Assembly: GCA_951406725.2 (NCBI GenBank)
Contig: OX597821.1
Coordinates: 41,354,001-41,418,000 of the forward strand
Length of the DNA: 64,000 nt
Reading direction: 5' to 3'
Source of the DNA: Octopus vulgaris
Lineage: Eukaryota
Part shown: positions 42,806-59,300 of the stretch, in pieces
Layout of the letters: each line of letters opens with the position of its first letter
Position numbering within the stretch: the first letter of the stretch is position 1
Program-made: the position numbers and the translations under genes
Notes under the pieces: model-generated
Told to the model about the DNA's origin: nothing
The model's input: only the letters and a program-made list of their open reading frames with translations
Databases searched by the model: none

Positions 42806-43223
42806 TATTTCTTTACTACCCACAAGGGGCTAAACACAGAGAGGACAAACAAGGACAGATAAAGGGATTAAGTCGATTATATCGACCCCAGTGTGTAACT
42901 GGTACTTATTTAATCAACCCCGAAAGGATGAAAGGCAAAGTCGACCTTGTCGAAATTTGAACTCAGAAGGTAACGGCAGATAAAATACCTATTTCTTTAC
43001 TACCCACAAGGGGCTAAACACAGAGAGGATAAACAAGGGCAGACAAATGGATTAAGTCGATTATATCAACCCCAGTGCATAACTTGTACTTATTTAATCG
43101 ACCCCAAAAAGATGAAAGGCAAAGTCGACCTCGGTGGAATTTGAACTCAGAATGTAACGGCAGATTAAATACTGCTAAGCATTTTGCCTGGCGTGCTAAC
43201 GTTTCTGCCAGCTCGCCACCTTA
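42806..43223 (-). mobile_element. SINE family B dimer with a 13-bp TSD
   Basis: Units start at 42806 and 42990 (184 bp apart). TSD tagaatcatcatc at 42793-42805 and 43224-43236. Confidence 0.85.
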
Positions 43224-44486
43224 TAGAATCATCATCATCATCATTATCGTCATCATCGTCGTTGTCGTCATCATCATCATCATCATCATCATTTAGTGCT
43301 TGTTTTCCATGCTGGTATGAGTTAGGTGATTTGACTGGAACTGGTGAGTCGGAGACCTGCACCAGCCTCCAGTCTGATTTGGTTTAGGTTCTACGGCTTG
43401 ATGCTCTTCCTAATGCCAACCACTCCAAGAGTTAGTGGGTTTCTTTCCATACGTCATCAGCATGGGTGCCTTTTATGTGTCACTGACACCAGCCACGAAT
43501 ATGATTTGACAAATCTTCTCAAGCACAGTAAATCACCAAAGATCTCAAACACCTGTCATTGTCTCCATGTGACCCAGCATCCAAAGATCATGCTTCACCA
43601 CTTCGTTCCATGTCTTCTTGGGTCTAACACTCCCACTGGTTCCCTCCACAAGAGATCGGTACATATCAGTTCAAATCTGTCATAGCTGTTATGCTGTGTC
43701 TTTTATAATTCTCCTTTTCACCTGTCTGTTGGAGGAGGAAAAGTACCTGATCATTTAGGCAGGTACAGTAGAATGGCATCGTAGCCAAAAGGAGATTTAT
43801 TTCACAAATGATTCATGCCATGACACCAGAACTAAGGATTGACTCTGAGACTCCCCCCACCTCCACTCTACTGGCACTAAGGAGACATTTAAATTTTTCA
43901 CCATATTTACTGATGATATAATATTCCTGGACAAATAAAAGAATGGTTTAAAGGAAATTCTATAACTCAGAGAATAATTTATCTTGTAGGACTTAAAATT
44001 GTCACTTATCACTTGCATAAAATATCTGCTATCGTTTTCTTAGAATACAATGCATATTTAAATCAGGCAATATTTACACAAAATAATATTCCGATATTAC
44101 ACACATACACATAAAGCTGTCATTTTTCTGTATAAACATTCAAGAACCGGAAATGATTTCTACATAATTTTTCCAAACTAGCCATTCCCAATTCTTTATT
44201 TGATATTCTTTTTTCTGTTTTTACCAATTCCATATAGTTTTTAATAAAATCTTCATTTTCCTGTTTATCTGTTGCTTCTAAATTATTACATATATAGCAA
44301 CTAAATGCAAATATTAAAATATATCTAAACAACTTGTATTCATTTATGCATTTTATATTTTTAAACACATATTTTCAAACTCACATTAATATCGCACACA
44401 ACCAGAATTGCAGAACTGCAGATAGTAATAAATATGTATACACACACACACATCTGTGTAGAAGTGCGTGTGTGTATGTACATATG

Positions 44487-44530
<44 letters not shown>

Positions 44531-45261
44531 TGTGCGCGTGCATATATATATACATATTCATATGTGTACATGTTATAATTTTTGTATGCACAAATATGAC
44601 AGATATTTGGAAGAGATGAGATAGTCCAATAATTCCAATATCTTGCAGAAATTCTTCTAGAAATACAATACAAATAGATTAAATGCCTGAAATTGATTCT
44701 GCTCATTTCATGCTTAATACAGTTTTGCATGGTGATAAGCATCATTAGTATATATTCCATTTAACGCATTGCTCCTTGTAGCATCGCTGCACAGCTATCA
44801 TTTGTGCATAGATGCATGTGAAATGTGGGTATGATTTACAGCAATGAGCAAGGCACAGAGTTTTGCTTGCCTCTGTTATTATCTCATAACTTTAATCAGC
44901 CCATCCTTGATCATGAACCAAAAGGGAAATCTGCCTTAGAATGTAAGAATCAGAAATTCTCCGCTTGAAGACATTCAAATGCCTGCAATAAATAGTTGAC
45001 CTGCCACAGATTGGTTATCAAATTTAGCAAATAGGTTTTTATGAGAAACGTTTGTTTCAGTCAACAACAAAAAATGAAACACTGAGTCCAAATAATGCAA
45101 GACCATTCTCTATCAAACGGTAATTAATATTTAGCAACTATCAGGTAACGAGCTGGCAAAATCATCAGCATGCCAAGTAAAATGCTTAGAGACATTTCAT
45201 CCATCTTCTCATTCTCGGTTCAAATTCCATCGAGGTCGACTTTACCTTTCATCCTTTCAGG

Positions 45262-45292
<31 letters not shown>

Positions 45293-45332
45293 AAGTTAAT
45301 CAAATACCTGTACATCATCTCAAAACCTTCTA

Positions 45333-45364
<32 letters not shown>

Positions 45365-45426
45365 GCATACATACACACACACAGATAGATAGAGGATGGA
45401 TGGATGGATGGATGGACAGATGGATG

Positions 45427-45461
<35 letters not shown>

Positions 45462-46373
45462 GTTTCCTTAAGTTTATCTACCAAACCCACTTACAACGTT
45501 TTGGTCAGCCTAGGGTTATAGCAGAAGACACTTGCCTACCTTACTACACAGTGGGACTGAACCCAAAGGTAAGTGGTTGGAATGCAAACTTCTTACCACA
45601 CAGCCACACTGCACCTACATTGATATTTAACAATTCATTGTATCATTTAAACTCAGAGCTTTACACAACTGAACCTTCACACTGAATCTCCATGAGAACT
45701 ACATTAAGGGTACACATGTCTTAATGATTAAACTGGCACTTTGTTAGTTATAACAACGAAGGATCAACAGAACAGCCTGCTCATGAAATTAACGTGAAAG
45801 TGGCTGAGCGCTACACAGACATGTGTACCCTTATTGTAGTTGTCAGGGAGAGACAGTGTAACACAGAGTGAGACAAAGCTGGCCCTTTTGAATCACAGGT
45901 ACAACTCATTTTTGCCGGCTGAGTGGATCTGAAGCAACGTGAAATAAAGTGTCTTGCTCAAGAGCTCAATGCATCACTGGGAATTGAACTCACAATCTTA
46001 CAATTGTGAGCTGAATATTCTAACCACTAAGCTACATGCCTTCATGGAGGTTATACAGAACCACTTATTGGTAGCTTCAGGCTGCAATTCAAACATGTTG
46101 GTAATTTCAGTGAACAGAATGGCAGACTCTTTGGTCGTTCTTAGCTTGCTTCCAGTGATGTGATCTGTTCATCTCTGAGACATTCCACTCTGTGGCCTAC
46201 CCTCCCTATGGTTCCTGTTTTGTAAAATTATCTCCATAAAATTTTGAAGCAATACGTCAACTTACAGATCCAAATTCAAACCTTAATATTAGGAACACAT
46301 GAAGAAGGGTAGCTTCTACCCAGCTGATTTGGTACCCTGATTTGGTACCCCCAATGGCTGCACAAGTACTATT

Positions 46374-47172
<799 letters not shown>

Positions 47173-47997
47173 TATTATCTATCTTCAATGATGAAAACAA
47201 TCTGCATCCCTAAAAACTTCTCTCTTTCTTAGACTATTTAGAAGTATTTACTTTTTAGCTTCATTTTTATTTGTTGTCTAGCAAATTTCTTAAATTTTCA
47301 CCATCAGGGTTGCACTAAACGATATTTACGATATATCTAACTACCTTAAACAGGTATTTTTAATGTTTATGTATCTTGTTTTCAATCAGATGTGAATAAC
47401 CATTTTCTTCCTTAAGCAATTTCTTGATGGTTAAGATCAAGTTTTTTTTTCTTTTATTCTTTTTTTTCCCCATCATTTCATAAAATGTGTGCCTGATATT
47501 AACTTTCCATAAGATATTCATAACAAAATGTCATAATAGCGTCATGGTTAAATGGTCAGTCCCATTATATTGTTGACTTTTCACTTTTATGTTTTTTGCC
47601 ATTTTTTTTTCTAATCATAGGTTTGAATTGTTAATTTCTAATTATTCTTTTGTGTCCAAAACTATTTTAGTTAAAATAAACCTGATAAATTATTTACAAA
47701 CAAGAAAAAATAAAATAACGAAAAGAAGAGAGAGAATTGGTTATAAATCTTTCTGCCATTTTCCATAATATTTTTCATTTGTTGAGCTTCTTCTTGTGTC
47801 TTTGTGACATTAATTAGTAAAGGAGACACCACAATGCTACTAAATCATTAGAAATAAGAATTGAACTTTGCAAGTACAAATATGACAAAATGTTTTGAAA
47901 ATATTTCAAAATATCAATCAATTTCCCCAACATTTACAACCTGTCACTTGAGTTTATTCTTATTTAAGAGAATTTTCTCTGACTTCGGTAATAAAAT

Positions 47998-48085
47998 TAT
48001 GTATGTGTGTATGTATGTGTGTGTATGTATGTATGTATGTATGTATGTATGTATGTATGTATGTATGTATGTATGTATGTATGTC

Positions 48086-48116
<31 letters not shown>

Positions 48117-48593
48117 ATGTATGTATGTATGTATATGTGTGTATGTATGTATGTGTGCGTATGTATGTATGTGTGTGTGTTTGTATGTATGTATGTATGT
48201 AGGTATGTATGTGTGTGTGTGTATGTATGCATGTATGTATGTATGTATGTGTGTGTGTATGTATGTATGTGTGTATGTATGTATGTGTGTGTATGTATGT
48301 GTGCGTGTGTTTATGTATGTATGAATGTATGTATGTATGTATGTATGTATGAATGAATGTGTGTATGTATGTATGTATGTGTGTGTATGTATGTATGTGT
48401 GTGTGTATGTATGTGTGTGTGTATGTATGTATGAATGTATGTATGTATGTATGTATGTATGTATGAATGAATGTGTGTATGTATGTATGTATGTATGTAT
48501 GTATGTATGTGCATATGTATGTATGTATGCATGTATGTATGTAGGTAGGTTTATATGTATGCGCAAGTATGCATGTATGTATGTTTGTATGCA

Positions 48594-48639
<46 letters not shown>
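47998..48639. repeat. (TATG)n/(TG)n array
   Basis: Directly visible. Confidence 0.95.
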
Positions 48640-48642
<3 letters not shown>

Positions 48643-49287
48643 GAAGGAACATGAAAGAATAGAAATCAAATTCAAACTCACTCATCTAAATCTTCGAAAA
48701 TCTACAATTATCTATGAATAAAATATATCCCCATTTTGGGGCATTCAGTACTGAATGCACAACATTAGATATTTGGGTTTATTTTACATATTCTGGTCGA
48801 TCATTTTGAAAGAATTTATGGATACATATAATATATATATGTTTACATATATATATATATTGGCTTGATTGGCACCCGTGCCAGTGGGACGTAAAAGGCA
48901 CCATTCAAGTGTGATCATTGACAACTGACTCCTGTGAAGGTGACACATAAAAAACATGATTTGAGCATAAAAGCACCCACTACACTCTCAGAGTGGTTGG
49001 CGTCAGGAAGGGCGTCCAGCTGTAGAAACTCTGCCAGATCAGATTGGAGACTGGTGCAGCCATCTGGTTCGCCAGTCCTCAGTCAAATCGTCCAACCCAT
49101 GCCAGCATGGAAAGCAGATGTTAAACGACAATAATGATGAGGATGATGATGTATGTATGTATGTATGTATGCGTATATATATATATATATATATATACAT
49201 TTGTGTGTGTGCGTATGTGTGTGTATATGCGTGTATATATATGTGTGTGTGTAAGTATGTATATACATACATATATACATATATATA

Positions 49288-50205
49288 TCATCATCATCGT
49301 TTAACGCCCACTTTCTATGCTGGCATGGGTTGGACGATTTGACTGAGGACTGGGGAACAAGATGATCTTATTTTTGATCTTATTTCTTATTTCTTTATTG
49401 CCCACAAGAAGCTAAACATAGAGGGGACAAACAAGGACAGATAAACGGATTTTAGTCGATTACATCAACCCCAGTGCATAACTGGTACTAAATTTATCGA
49501 CCCCGAAATGATGAAAGGCAAAGTCGGCCTTGGCGGAATTTGAACTCAGAACGTAACGGCAGATGAAATACCACTAAGCATTTTGCCCAGCGTGCTAATG
49601 TTTCTGCCAGCTCACCACCTTCAATCTGATCTGGCAGATTTTCTAAGCTGGATGCTCTTCCTAACGCCAACCACTCCAAGAGTGTAATGGGTTCTTTTAC
49701 GTGCCACTGGCACGAGGGCCAGTCAGGCAGTACTGGCAACGGCCACGCTCAAATTGTGCTTTTTATGTGCTATCTGCACAGGAGCCAGTCCAATGGCATG
49801 GGCAATGACCTCACTCAAATATTTTTTCGAGTGCCACCAGCATAAGTGGCAGTAAGGTGACGCTGGTAACGATCACACTTGAATGGTGCTTTTTATGTGC
49901 CACCAGCATGGAAGCCAGTCAGCTGCTCTAGCAACAATCACGCTCGGATGGTGCTCTTAGCGCTCCACTAGCACAGATGCCAGTCTTGTAATGCTCTCAT
50001 CGAATTTGATTTCGATTTTGATTTCACTTACCTCAACAGGTCTTCACAAGCAGAGCTTAGTGTCCAATGAGGGAAAGGTATGCTGGTTACACCCCTGGCA
50101 TAGGCCACAGGTTATGGTCTCATTTGGTTTGCCGGGTCTTCTCAAGCACAGCATATTTCCAGAGGTCTCGGTCACTAGTTATTGCCTCGGTGAGGCCTAA
50201 TGTTC
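49288..50205 (-). mobile_element. RTE 3' region interrupted by SINE B (49388-49620); inverted partner of the + strand tail at 48860-49150
   Basis: The RTE tail motifs resume at 49622 after the SINE B head. Confidence 0.75.
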
Positions 50206-50440
50206 GAATGATCTATCTTGCAAGAAGTTTTATAGTGTAATCTCTCTTTAATAAAAGATATCTATGTATAGGTGCAGGAGTGGCTGTGTGGTAAGTAGTT
50301 TGCTAACCAACCATATGGTCCCAGATTCAGTCCCACTGCATGGCACCTTGGGCAAGTGTCTCTACTATAACCTCGCCCCAACCAAAGCCTTGTGAGTGGA
50401 TTTTGTAGACGGAAACTGAAAGAAGCCCATAGTATATATG

Positions 50441-50483
<43 letters not shown>

Positions 50484-50747
50484 GTATGTGTTTGTGTGTC
50501 TGTATTTGTCCCCCCAACATCACTTGACAACCGATGATGGTGAGTTTACATCCCTGTCACTTAACGGTTCGGCAAGTGAGACTGATAGAATAAGTACTTG
50601 GCTTACAAAGAATAAGTCCTGGGGTCCATTTGCTCAACTAAAGACGGTGCTCCAGCATGGCTACAGTCAAATAACTGAAACAAATAAAAGAAAAAAAGAA
50701 AAAAAAAGAAATATATTTGTGTTGGTACTTACCAAACTAGTTATATA

Positions 50748-50784
<37 letters not shown>

Positions 50785-51399
50785 TGCTCGCTTAGCCAGC
50801 GGGGTGGCATCATTCAAAGGCTAAAAAATGCAAATGCATTGTGACCAGCGATGTGTAACAACATCTGATGGTCTGGTCAGTCACATGATCACGTGATATA
50901 TATATATATATCGCTAGCCACTAAACCTTTTTCTAGTTTCTCTCTCTCTGTTTATTTCTGTGTTCCTCTCTGTCGAAGTCTTTTTCACTTCGCAAGCATT
51001 AAAGTAATACATCTGTTTGTTGTTTACACGGCCATTTTTGTCTTTTGTTTTTTTAAGTAAATTCTCACTGTATGTGTGTGTGTGCGTGCGCGTGTGTGTG
51101 TGCATGTGCATGTGTGTGTGCGTGTGTGTTGTGCTCGAGAAGAAGACCCATCAAGCCAAGCAAAATTGCTGTCGTGGCAGATACTGGTGTCACACAAATG
51201 GCACCTGTGCTGGTGGCACGTAAAAGCACCCTTTACACTCTCAGAGTGGTTGGCATTAGGAATGGCATCCAACCATAGAAAACCATGCCAAATCAGACTG
51301 GATCCTGGCACATCCCTCCAACATACCAGCCCAGTCAAACCATCCAACCCATGCTAGCATAGGTGACAGATGTTAAATGACGATGATGATATATATTCA

Positions 51400-51977
51400 T
51401 GTGTGCAGATATGAGAGAGTGTAAGTGACTTGAGAGAAAGAGTGTGTGTACGAGGCATGAGATGTATTGTGCAAGAGAGAAAATCGCACTGGTGGGGTCA
51501 TATGATGCACATGGATGAGGACAGCTGCATCAAGAAGTGCTGATCTCGAACTAGGGAGGAATTGTGTAGAAGGGGTAGAAGCAGGCAGATGTGGGACAAA
51601 GTGGGGAGAAATGACTTTCAGACTTTGGGCCTCAGAGAAGAGTTGACATGAAGCCAAGACTTCTGGCAGATTGCTGTGTTTGAGAATATATGTCAAGGTA
51701 AATAAAATCATGGTTGTCCTTGCATACAGGCATATCCTAACGTCCCTCACTCAGCTGAGCGGTCCTAGTCTTGCAAGCTCACATGTGCTGGTGCCTCATA
51801 AAAGTGCCAGTGTCACATTCAAAGCAGCCAGAACATTCTGTAAAGTGGTTGGCATTAGGGAGGGCATCCAGCTGTAGAAACTATGCCAAAACAGACCCTT
51901 TGGAGCCCAGGCAATTCTCCAGCTCCAGTCAAACCATCCAACCAGCATGGAAAACAGATGTTAAATGATGATGATGA
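51400..51977 (+). mobile_element. Decayed RTE LINE 3' end (RT C-terminus and UTR)
   Basis: SVSDLRERVCVRGMRCIVQERKSHWWGHMMHMDEDSCIKKC aligns with the end of the 61664-62458 ORF. Confidence 0.8.
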
Positions 51978-51992
51978 TTATGCATAAATATG

Positions 51993-52103
<111 letters not shown>

Positions 52104-52178
52104 GTATGTATATACATATATGTATATATACATATACATATATGTATGTATATACATATATGTATGTACGTATGTATG

Positions 52179-52244
<66 letters not shown>

Positions 52245-52250
52245 GGTATG

Positions 52251-52309
<59 letters not shown>

Positions 52310-53014
52310 GTGTATATATGTATATATATATATATATGTATGTATGTATATATATATATATATATATACATATATACGACAGGCTTCTTTCAGTTTCCGT
52401 CTACCAAATCCACTCACAAGGCATTGGTCGGCCCGGGGCTATAGCAGAAGACACTTGCCTAAGATGCCACACAGTGGGATTGAACCCGGAACCATGTGGT
52501 TGGTTAGCAAGCTACTTACCACACAGCCACTCCTGCGCCTATATATATATGACCTTCAGACTTTGGGCCTCAGATATATATATATATTTATATATAGTTA
52601 TTATTATGCATAATGTAGAGAGTGATACAAAACGTCAGATGTAAAGCCTCTACTTGGAAGAAACCATTAAGATTGTGTTGCACAAAACAGTTCAATTCGA
52701 GTCACACTTTGATCATAGAATACCTACATGAATGAGGAAATCTAAACTTGGTCAGTGAGGTCTTCAAAATCTGACCACTTCTCAGCTGAATGAAAAAGTC
52801 GACCTTTGCTCATCATTGAAGACTAAGTAAACATACTACTGAATCATTCCTGAGTAGAATGGCTGTGTGGTAAGTAGCTTGCTAACGAACCACATGGTTC
52901 CGGGTTCAATCCCACTGTGTGGCATCTTGGGCAAGTGTCTTCTGCTATAGCCCTGGGCCGACCAATGCCTTATGAGTGGATTTGGTAGACGGAAACTGAA
53001 AGAAGCCTGTCGTA

Positions 53015-53133
<119 letters not shown>

Positions 53134-53459
53134 GACTACGTAATGACATGCAGAGAATAAGTGAATAGCTAATCAACCAGAAGCATACAAACAAACAGGT
53201 GAAGCCGTACAAACATCCAGACACCAATATAATGCAACAGTTACGTCATACATTATATCTATTGAGAATTAGAAAAGCACACATAGAATGTATTGTTATG
53301 TGATTTAAATTAATGCTAATGTAATAGATTAGGCCGAACATATGAAAACATCTGTAAAACAGAATCGAAATACATTTAAAATCACTAGAAACTAGCAGTA
53401 ATGATATACTAGATAATAACCTAAAAATAAGAAAAAAATCCTTTTTTGAGGTGTATTGA

Positions 53460-53757
53460 GAGGATCATTATGCCAACAATAAACACACCCACTGGTTGTA
53501 TTTCACTTTATTATTATTTGTCAATTGGTTAACATTTAACCTATTAACTCATGATTAATTATTCAGCCAATCAATCAGCCAGTGTCATTGATGATGTCAC
53601 AAATGACAAACCTAGCTGATTGATTGCTTGACTAAATGTTTAATCAAACAATTGATTAGTTAACTGGTTACGTGGTTAATCAACTGACAAACGAAAATAA
53701 AGAAGCAAAATAGAAGCAGTGTGTGTGTGTATGTTTATTACTGGCATAAAGACCCTC
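53460..53757. mobile_element. Palindromic MITE (~300 bp); half copy at about 5980-6122
   Basis: Ends gaggatcattatgccaacaataaaca / tgtttattactggcataaagaccctc. Complementarity continues to the centre. Confidence 0.7.
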
Positions 53758-54399
53758 CCACGAAGAAAGAAAATATATTTCAACACATGAGTTCACATTA
53801 AGAATCTTGCAGACCAAATGCTAAAGTTAAGAAAAAAGACTTTTCCCATAAGAAAACACAAGCCTGGCAGCTCCTGTACCAGGAAAGATCTGATTTAGAA
53901 ATTTAAGGGAAAACATGGAAGTTGCTACCTTCATGATTTAAATTGTTATTTTAATCCTGCATATACATTTACTCACCAGTTTACCATGCATTTATGACAA
54001 GGAGTGATTGCAACACACGTTCCCAGACACTGCAAACCAAAGGAAATAGGAAACATGCCTTTGTGATAGTTGAATTGTTTATTCATGTAGAAAACTTCTT
54101 CGAGTAAGGATTTGTGTATGGATTAAATGTGCTATTACACACAGAACATTTAGTTTTTCCTTTATTACACCCCAATATCCTTTCAAAAAAGGCCTGGTTA
54201 AAGATATTTCCTAAGGATATCTTCATTGCCTTCCAATGAAAAAATCTTCAAAGAATCAGCTTGCCACCACAATGTAGTTCTCTGGAAAACTCATTCAAGA
54301 GAGAAAATTGAATGCATACATAGTGTATAAGGCAGGAAAGAAAGTCCTGTAGCATTGCAGAATGAGAAAAAAAAAAAACACAAATGCTTCTTGGTCTTA

Positions 54400-55855
54400 A
54401 TATTGTTTAGATTCATATATTTAATGAAGATAATATTTCGCCTTTATATTGATAACATAATTCCGTATATTCACCAAATTGTTGATTTCACAGGCATATA
54501 ATTCTTCAGGTTTCAAAGCAAACAAACACTGGATATCGTTTTTAAACTCTTTGCAGCTAATAAACTATTTTTCCTCTCAGTAATGTTGCAATGATTTGAA
54601 AGATGAAAGTCGGAAGGATCAAGGTCAGAGGAAGAAGGAGGATGAGGCAAAATTTCCATATTTTGCGGAATAATCATTTCCTGAATGACTTGGACAATGT
54701 GTGGTCTTACATTATCTTGTAAGAACAACTCACCTTTGCAATTAACCAATGATGGATGCTTTTTCTGCAAGCTTTTGTGTAACGCTTCCAGTTGACAACA
54801 ATACATCTCCACATAAACTGTTTCATTTTGGTTTAACACTTAATGAGAGATGACCCCCTTCTTATCCCAGCAAACACAGAGCAGGTGGAGTCTGGTTTAA
54901 GGATTCACTCTTCTTCTTCTTCTTCATTCAATGCTTATCATTGTTGTTTATATTGGATTACAGAGAACTCACTTTTCATTACTTGTGAAGATTCTACTCA
55001 GGAATGATTCAGTAGTATGTTGACTTAGTCTTCAATGATGAGCAAAGGTCGACTTTTTCATTCAGCTGAGAAGTGGTCAGATTTTGAAAACCTCACTGAC
55101 CAAGTTTAGATTTCCTCGTTCATGTAGGTATTCTATGATCAAAGTGTGACTCGAATTTAACTGTTTTGGGAAAACTCATGCAGTTTGTTTCAGATTTTCC
55201 TAGGCGCAAGAGTGGCTATGTGGTCAGTAGCTTGCTTACCAACCACATGGTTCCGGGTTCAGTCCCACTATGTGGCACCTTGGGCAAGTGTTTTCTACTG
55301 TAGCCTCGGGCCAACCAAAGCCTTGTGAGTGGATTTGGTAGGCGGAAACTGAAAGAAGCCCGTCATATATATGTATATATATATATGTATGTTTGTGTGT
55401 ATGTGTTTGTCCCCCCCAACATCGCTTGGTGTGTTTACGTCCCTGTTTCTTTCCCCGTAACTTAGCAAAAGGGACTGATAGAATAAGTACTAGGCTTACA
55501 AAGAATAAGTCCTGGGAGCGATTTACTCGACTAAAAACAGTGCTCCAGCATGGCCGCAGTCAAATGAGTGAGACTAGTAAAAGAGTAAAAGAGTAAACGA
55601 GCTATCATTTTCAGAAGCTCATAATTGATTGAACTTGATTCTGTGAGAGAAAAATTTCCTGGGATAAATTGATGAAGCCATCATCAACATCTTTGGACAT
55701 TTAAAATTTCCTTTGCAGAGACAGAACGAATATTTTTTGCTGATGCCATTACTGAAGAATTCCTGTTGAGCTAATACAGCATGCAGAGGGTGGGAGGGTC
55801 TGACCATAACTCATTTTAAATGGGTAAAAATCAATATGAATTTAACTGCTAGGAC
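54400..55855 (-). pseudogene. Decayed mariner (Tc1/mariner) transposase, interrupted by SINE A at 55203-55596
   Basis: ORF 54513-54839 has LFLQDNVRPH and ILPHPPSSSDLDPSDFHL, matching the mariner HDNARPH and HPPYSPDLAPSDF motifs. Confidence 0.85.
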
Positions 55856-56025
55856 ATAAAGTAATCTACAAAGAAAAAACAAAAACTGTAGAATGAAAAG
55901 ATTAATGTTATTCTATTGTGAGAATTGGAAAATTACCTTGAAAGGGATCTTCTCAAAAATGGGACAGTACTTTCTCTACAACCAAATTCTGTTTCCAAAT
56001 GCTGTAATATACATACATACATACA

Positions 56026-56072
<47 letters not shown>

Positions 56073-56086
56073 GATGATGATGATGA

Positions 56087-56131
<45 letters not shown>

Positions 56132-56218
56132 CATTATGTATGTATGCATGTATGTATGTAAGTATATATATATAATTCTCACACACACATACACAAACAC
56201 ACATGCACAAACGCACAA

Positions 56219-56252
<34 letters not shown>

Positions 56253-56967
56253 TAATAGTAATAGTATGACAACAAAAGAATGAATGAGACTTCGATATGT
56301 AAATACAGGAATTTATCTGTAATATATTACGTAACAATTTAATTAGTTGCCATAATAAAACTCAGAGTTTTGGATGTCAGCATATATACATACATATGTG
56401 TACATACTGACATATATATGCATATATAAATGCATATATGGGTGCAGGACGTCCCAAAATGTAAACAACATGAAATACGAAAACATGATATCAGAAATAC
56501 GAAAAACAAGATGAAATACAAAGACGAACATTTTTTGCGAACAATGAGAAAAACAAATGGAAAACAAGACAAGAAACATAAAGAACGACCCTTCATCAGT
56601 TGTCGGCTGTTTATCTACTCCACATTTCAAGCAATTCATGACAATATGTGCGTTCGAGAAAAAAGTTGCTCTCACAAACCAAAATAAGATTTGGGATTTT
56701 GCGGTGGGTCAAAGTTCGTAACAAAAACAGAACAGTGAAACAAGTAGCAAGGGCTGCTAAGTCATATGGAGTAAGGTGGCGAATGCTGAGGAACATTCTT
56801 TGACTGGAGAAAAGATAAGAGAGGAGACAGACAAGAATATGTCTAGTCTTAGCAACAGACCAGAAGAAAAGAAAGATGAACATGTATGGAAAAAAAAGAT
56901 GGACGATGGTCAAGTGTGAGCAGCAAGAGAGTTAAGGAGGAAGAAGGAAAAAGAGGGAGAGAGGGAC

Positions 56968-57003
<36 letters not shown>

Positions 57004-57819
57004 CATAATATAATATAATATAATATAATATAATATAATATAATATAATATAATACAATATAATACAATGTGTGTGGGGGGAGGGGCTCAGGTACAATAT
57101 TAAATGTTAACAGTATTCCTCGTTATTAGCCTGACTTTTGCTTTTAATTATGTAAATTATTAGCAAAGATGTGAAGAAATAAAATGGAAGAATTCGAATT
57201 GGGAATTCAAATATTTTTGCCATTTTTTCTATTCAGGAGATACTTATTAAAGAAGTCAGATTAGAATTTTCTCATTTGATAATAGATTCTCATCTCTATG
57301 AAGAACGGTTAATAAAAATATATACCGAGCAGCAGACAGTCTGAAATAGCAGAATTATTAAAGAATAAGATCCTTCAGTTGTTTGTTAAAGTGGTGAAGG
57401 AATTATTCATTAATGCTGCAATAGAGTTCTTTGTTAAGGTAATAAGAGTAGATTTGAAGCTGAAGGATGCATTGAAATTAATAAGCGTTAAAATTATAAG
57501 TTTATAGATATTTGATGAGATAAAAACCTGCAAGTCCAAACACGTAACATAACACTTGTATGTTATACTTAGAGATACTCATATCTTGGCACAGATAAAA
57601 GCGAATGAAAGGATAAGAGGAACTAGGTTTGCATGTATTCAATATATTAGCTTCTCTCTATATTTCTGTCCATTTCACTGTCTTCAAATAGATTTTCCTT
57701 CAAGCCACAAATCTATTGACATTTTTTTCCTCTTCTTTCCATATTTCATTTTTCTCTTTCTCCCTCCCACTCCCATTTCTTTTCTCCCTCTTACCCTTAC
57801 CCTCACTTCCACCACCACC

Positions 57820-57859
<40 letters not shown>

Positions 57860-58279
57860 GTCTCTGTCTCTCTCTTCCTCTCTCTATGTCTCTTACCAAC
57901 AGAATGTAACATTTGAAGACAAGGTTGTTGAGGCTTCTTTTTTTATTATTTTCATCTTACCATTTTTATATTTCTTTATTTTGTTGACAAAATAGTCTAC
58001 TTCATCTTAAAGTAGCCCTGGGGATGGATGCTGGAATATATTAGAAACATTATATCGCAAGTTTAACAACTGACTGGACAATATTAGAGTAAATGAAGTG
58101 CTTCAAAGTAAAGATGTATGGTCAATGACTCCCAGTTGAGATGACCAGCAGCAACGTAAGTACATTTCAGATATACAGACACATACATATTCATAGATGC
58201 ATACATGTGTGTGTAGTTGCGTGTAATGTATGTATATTATGTGCATACATACATATGTATATAGTTGAATATATGTACG

Positions 58280-58314
<35 letters not shown>

Positions 58315-58401
58315 ATGGGCGTATATATATATATATGTATATATATATATGGATATGTATAAATATGTATGTGTGTGTGTATATATATACATACATACAT
58401 T

Positions 58402-58439
<38 letters not shown>

Positions 58440-58629
58440 CATATATATATATGTATACACATAAATATATATATGATGGATAGATAGATTACACATACAA
58501 AAAATATATTATAGAGAGAGAGAAAGAGAGAGAGAGAGAAAGTCAGAGTTATAGATATAGATGTAGGTATATAAAATATAGGTATATGTATTAATCTATA
58601 ATATATATGTACACACACATACACACATA

Positions 58630-58680
<51 letters not shown>

Positions 58681-58782
58681 ATGTATATATATATACATAT
58701 ATATATGTATAGCTATATATATATATATATGTACATATATACATTCACATACTCACATATATGTACATTTACATATATACTT

Positions 58783-58831
<49 letters not shown>

Positions 58832-59300
58832 TACATATATCTATATACACACACACACATATATTAATTCATAAAACACACAGGCACACACAAGCACACA
58901 AACACACACACAGCTGAACACATTACTAAGAAATTAGTGCCATAAAGTAATCACTGTCGTGAACTGAGGACTCTAAGGAGCAGTTAGATGTATAAAACTG
59001 TGATAAAAATCACGCCATTGACAGCCACTTATTTCAGTGGAACATAGAAGAGGATATCTGATAGTTTTTTAATAAATGTTGGGGTTGTGGTGGTGAGGTC
59101 AATAAAAAACAGATATATCACTACATGAGGATATAATGTTAGCAATGTTTAATATCGATATCTTACGGTGGCACAAGACCGTAATGGAAGGGCTGAGGTA
59201 GGGATACGGTGTGTGTGTGGGTGTGTGTGTATGTGTGGTGGGGTGTGACATCCAGTTCATAAATGAGGTTGACATCATCATCATCATCATCACCATCACC

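Noticed and set aside
56445-56720. CTGATGA on the minus strand at about 56593-56599 as a hammerhead
   Set aside because: I could not find a downstream stem II-GAAA-stem III. It may be a pLTR-like repeat, but the fold is unsupported.
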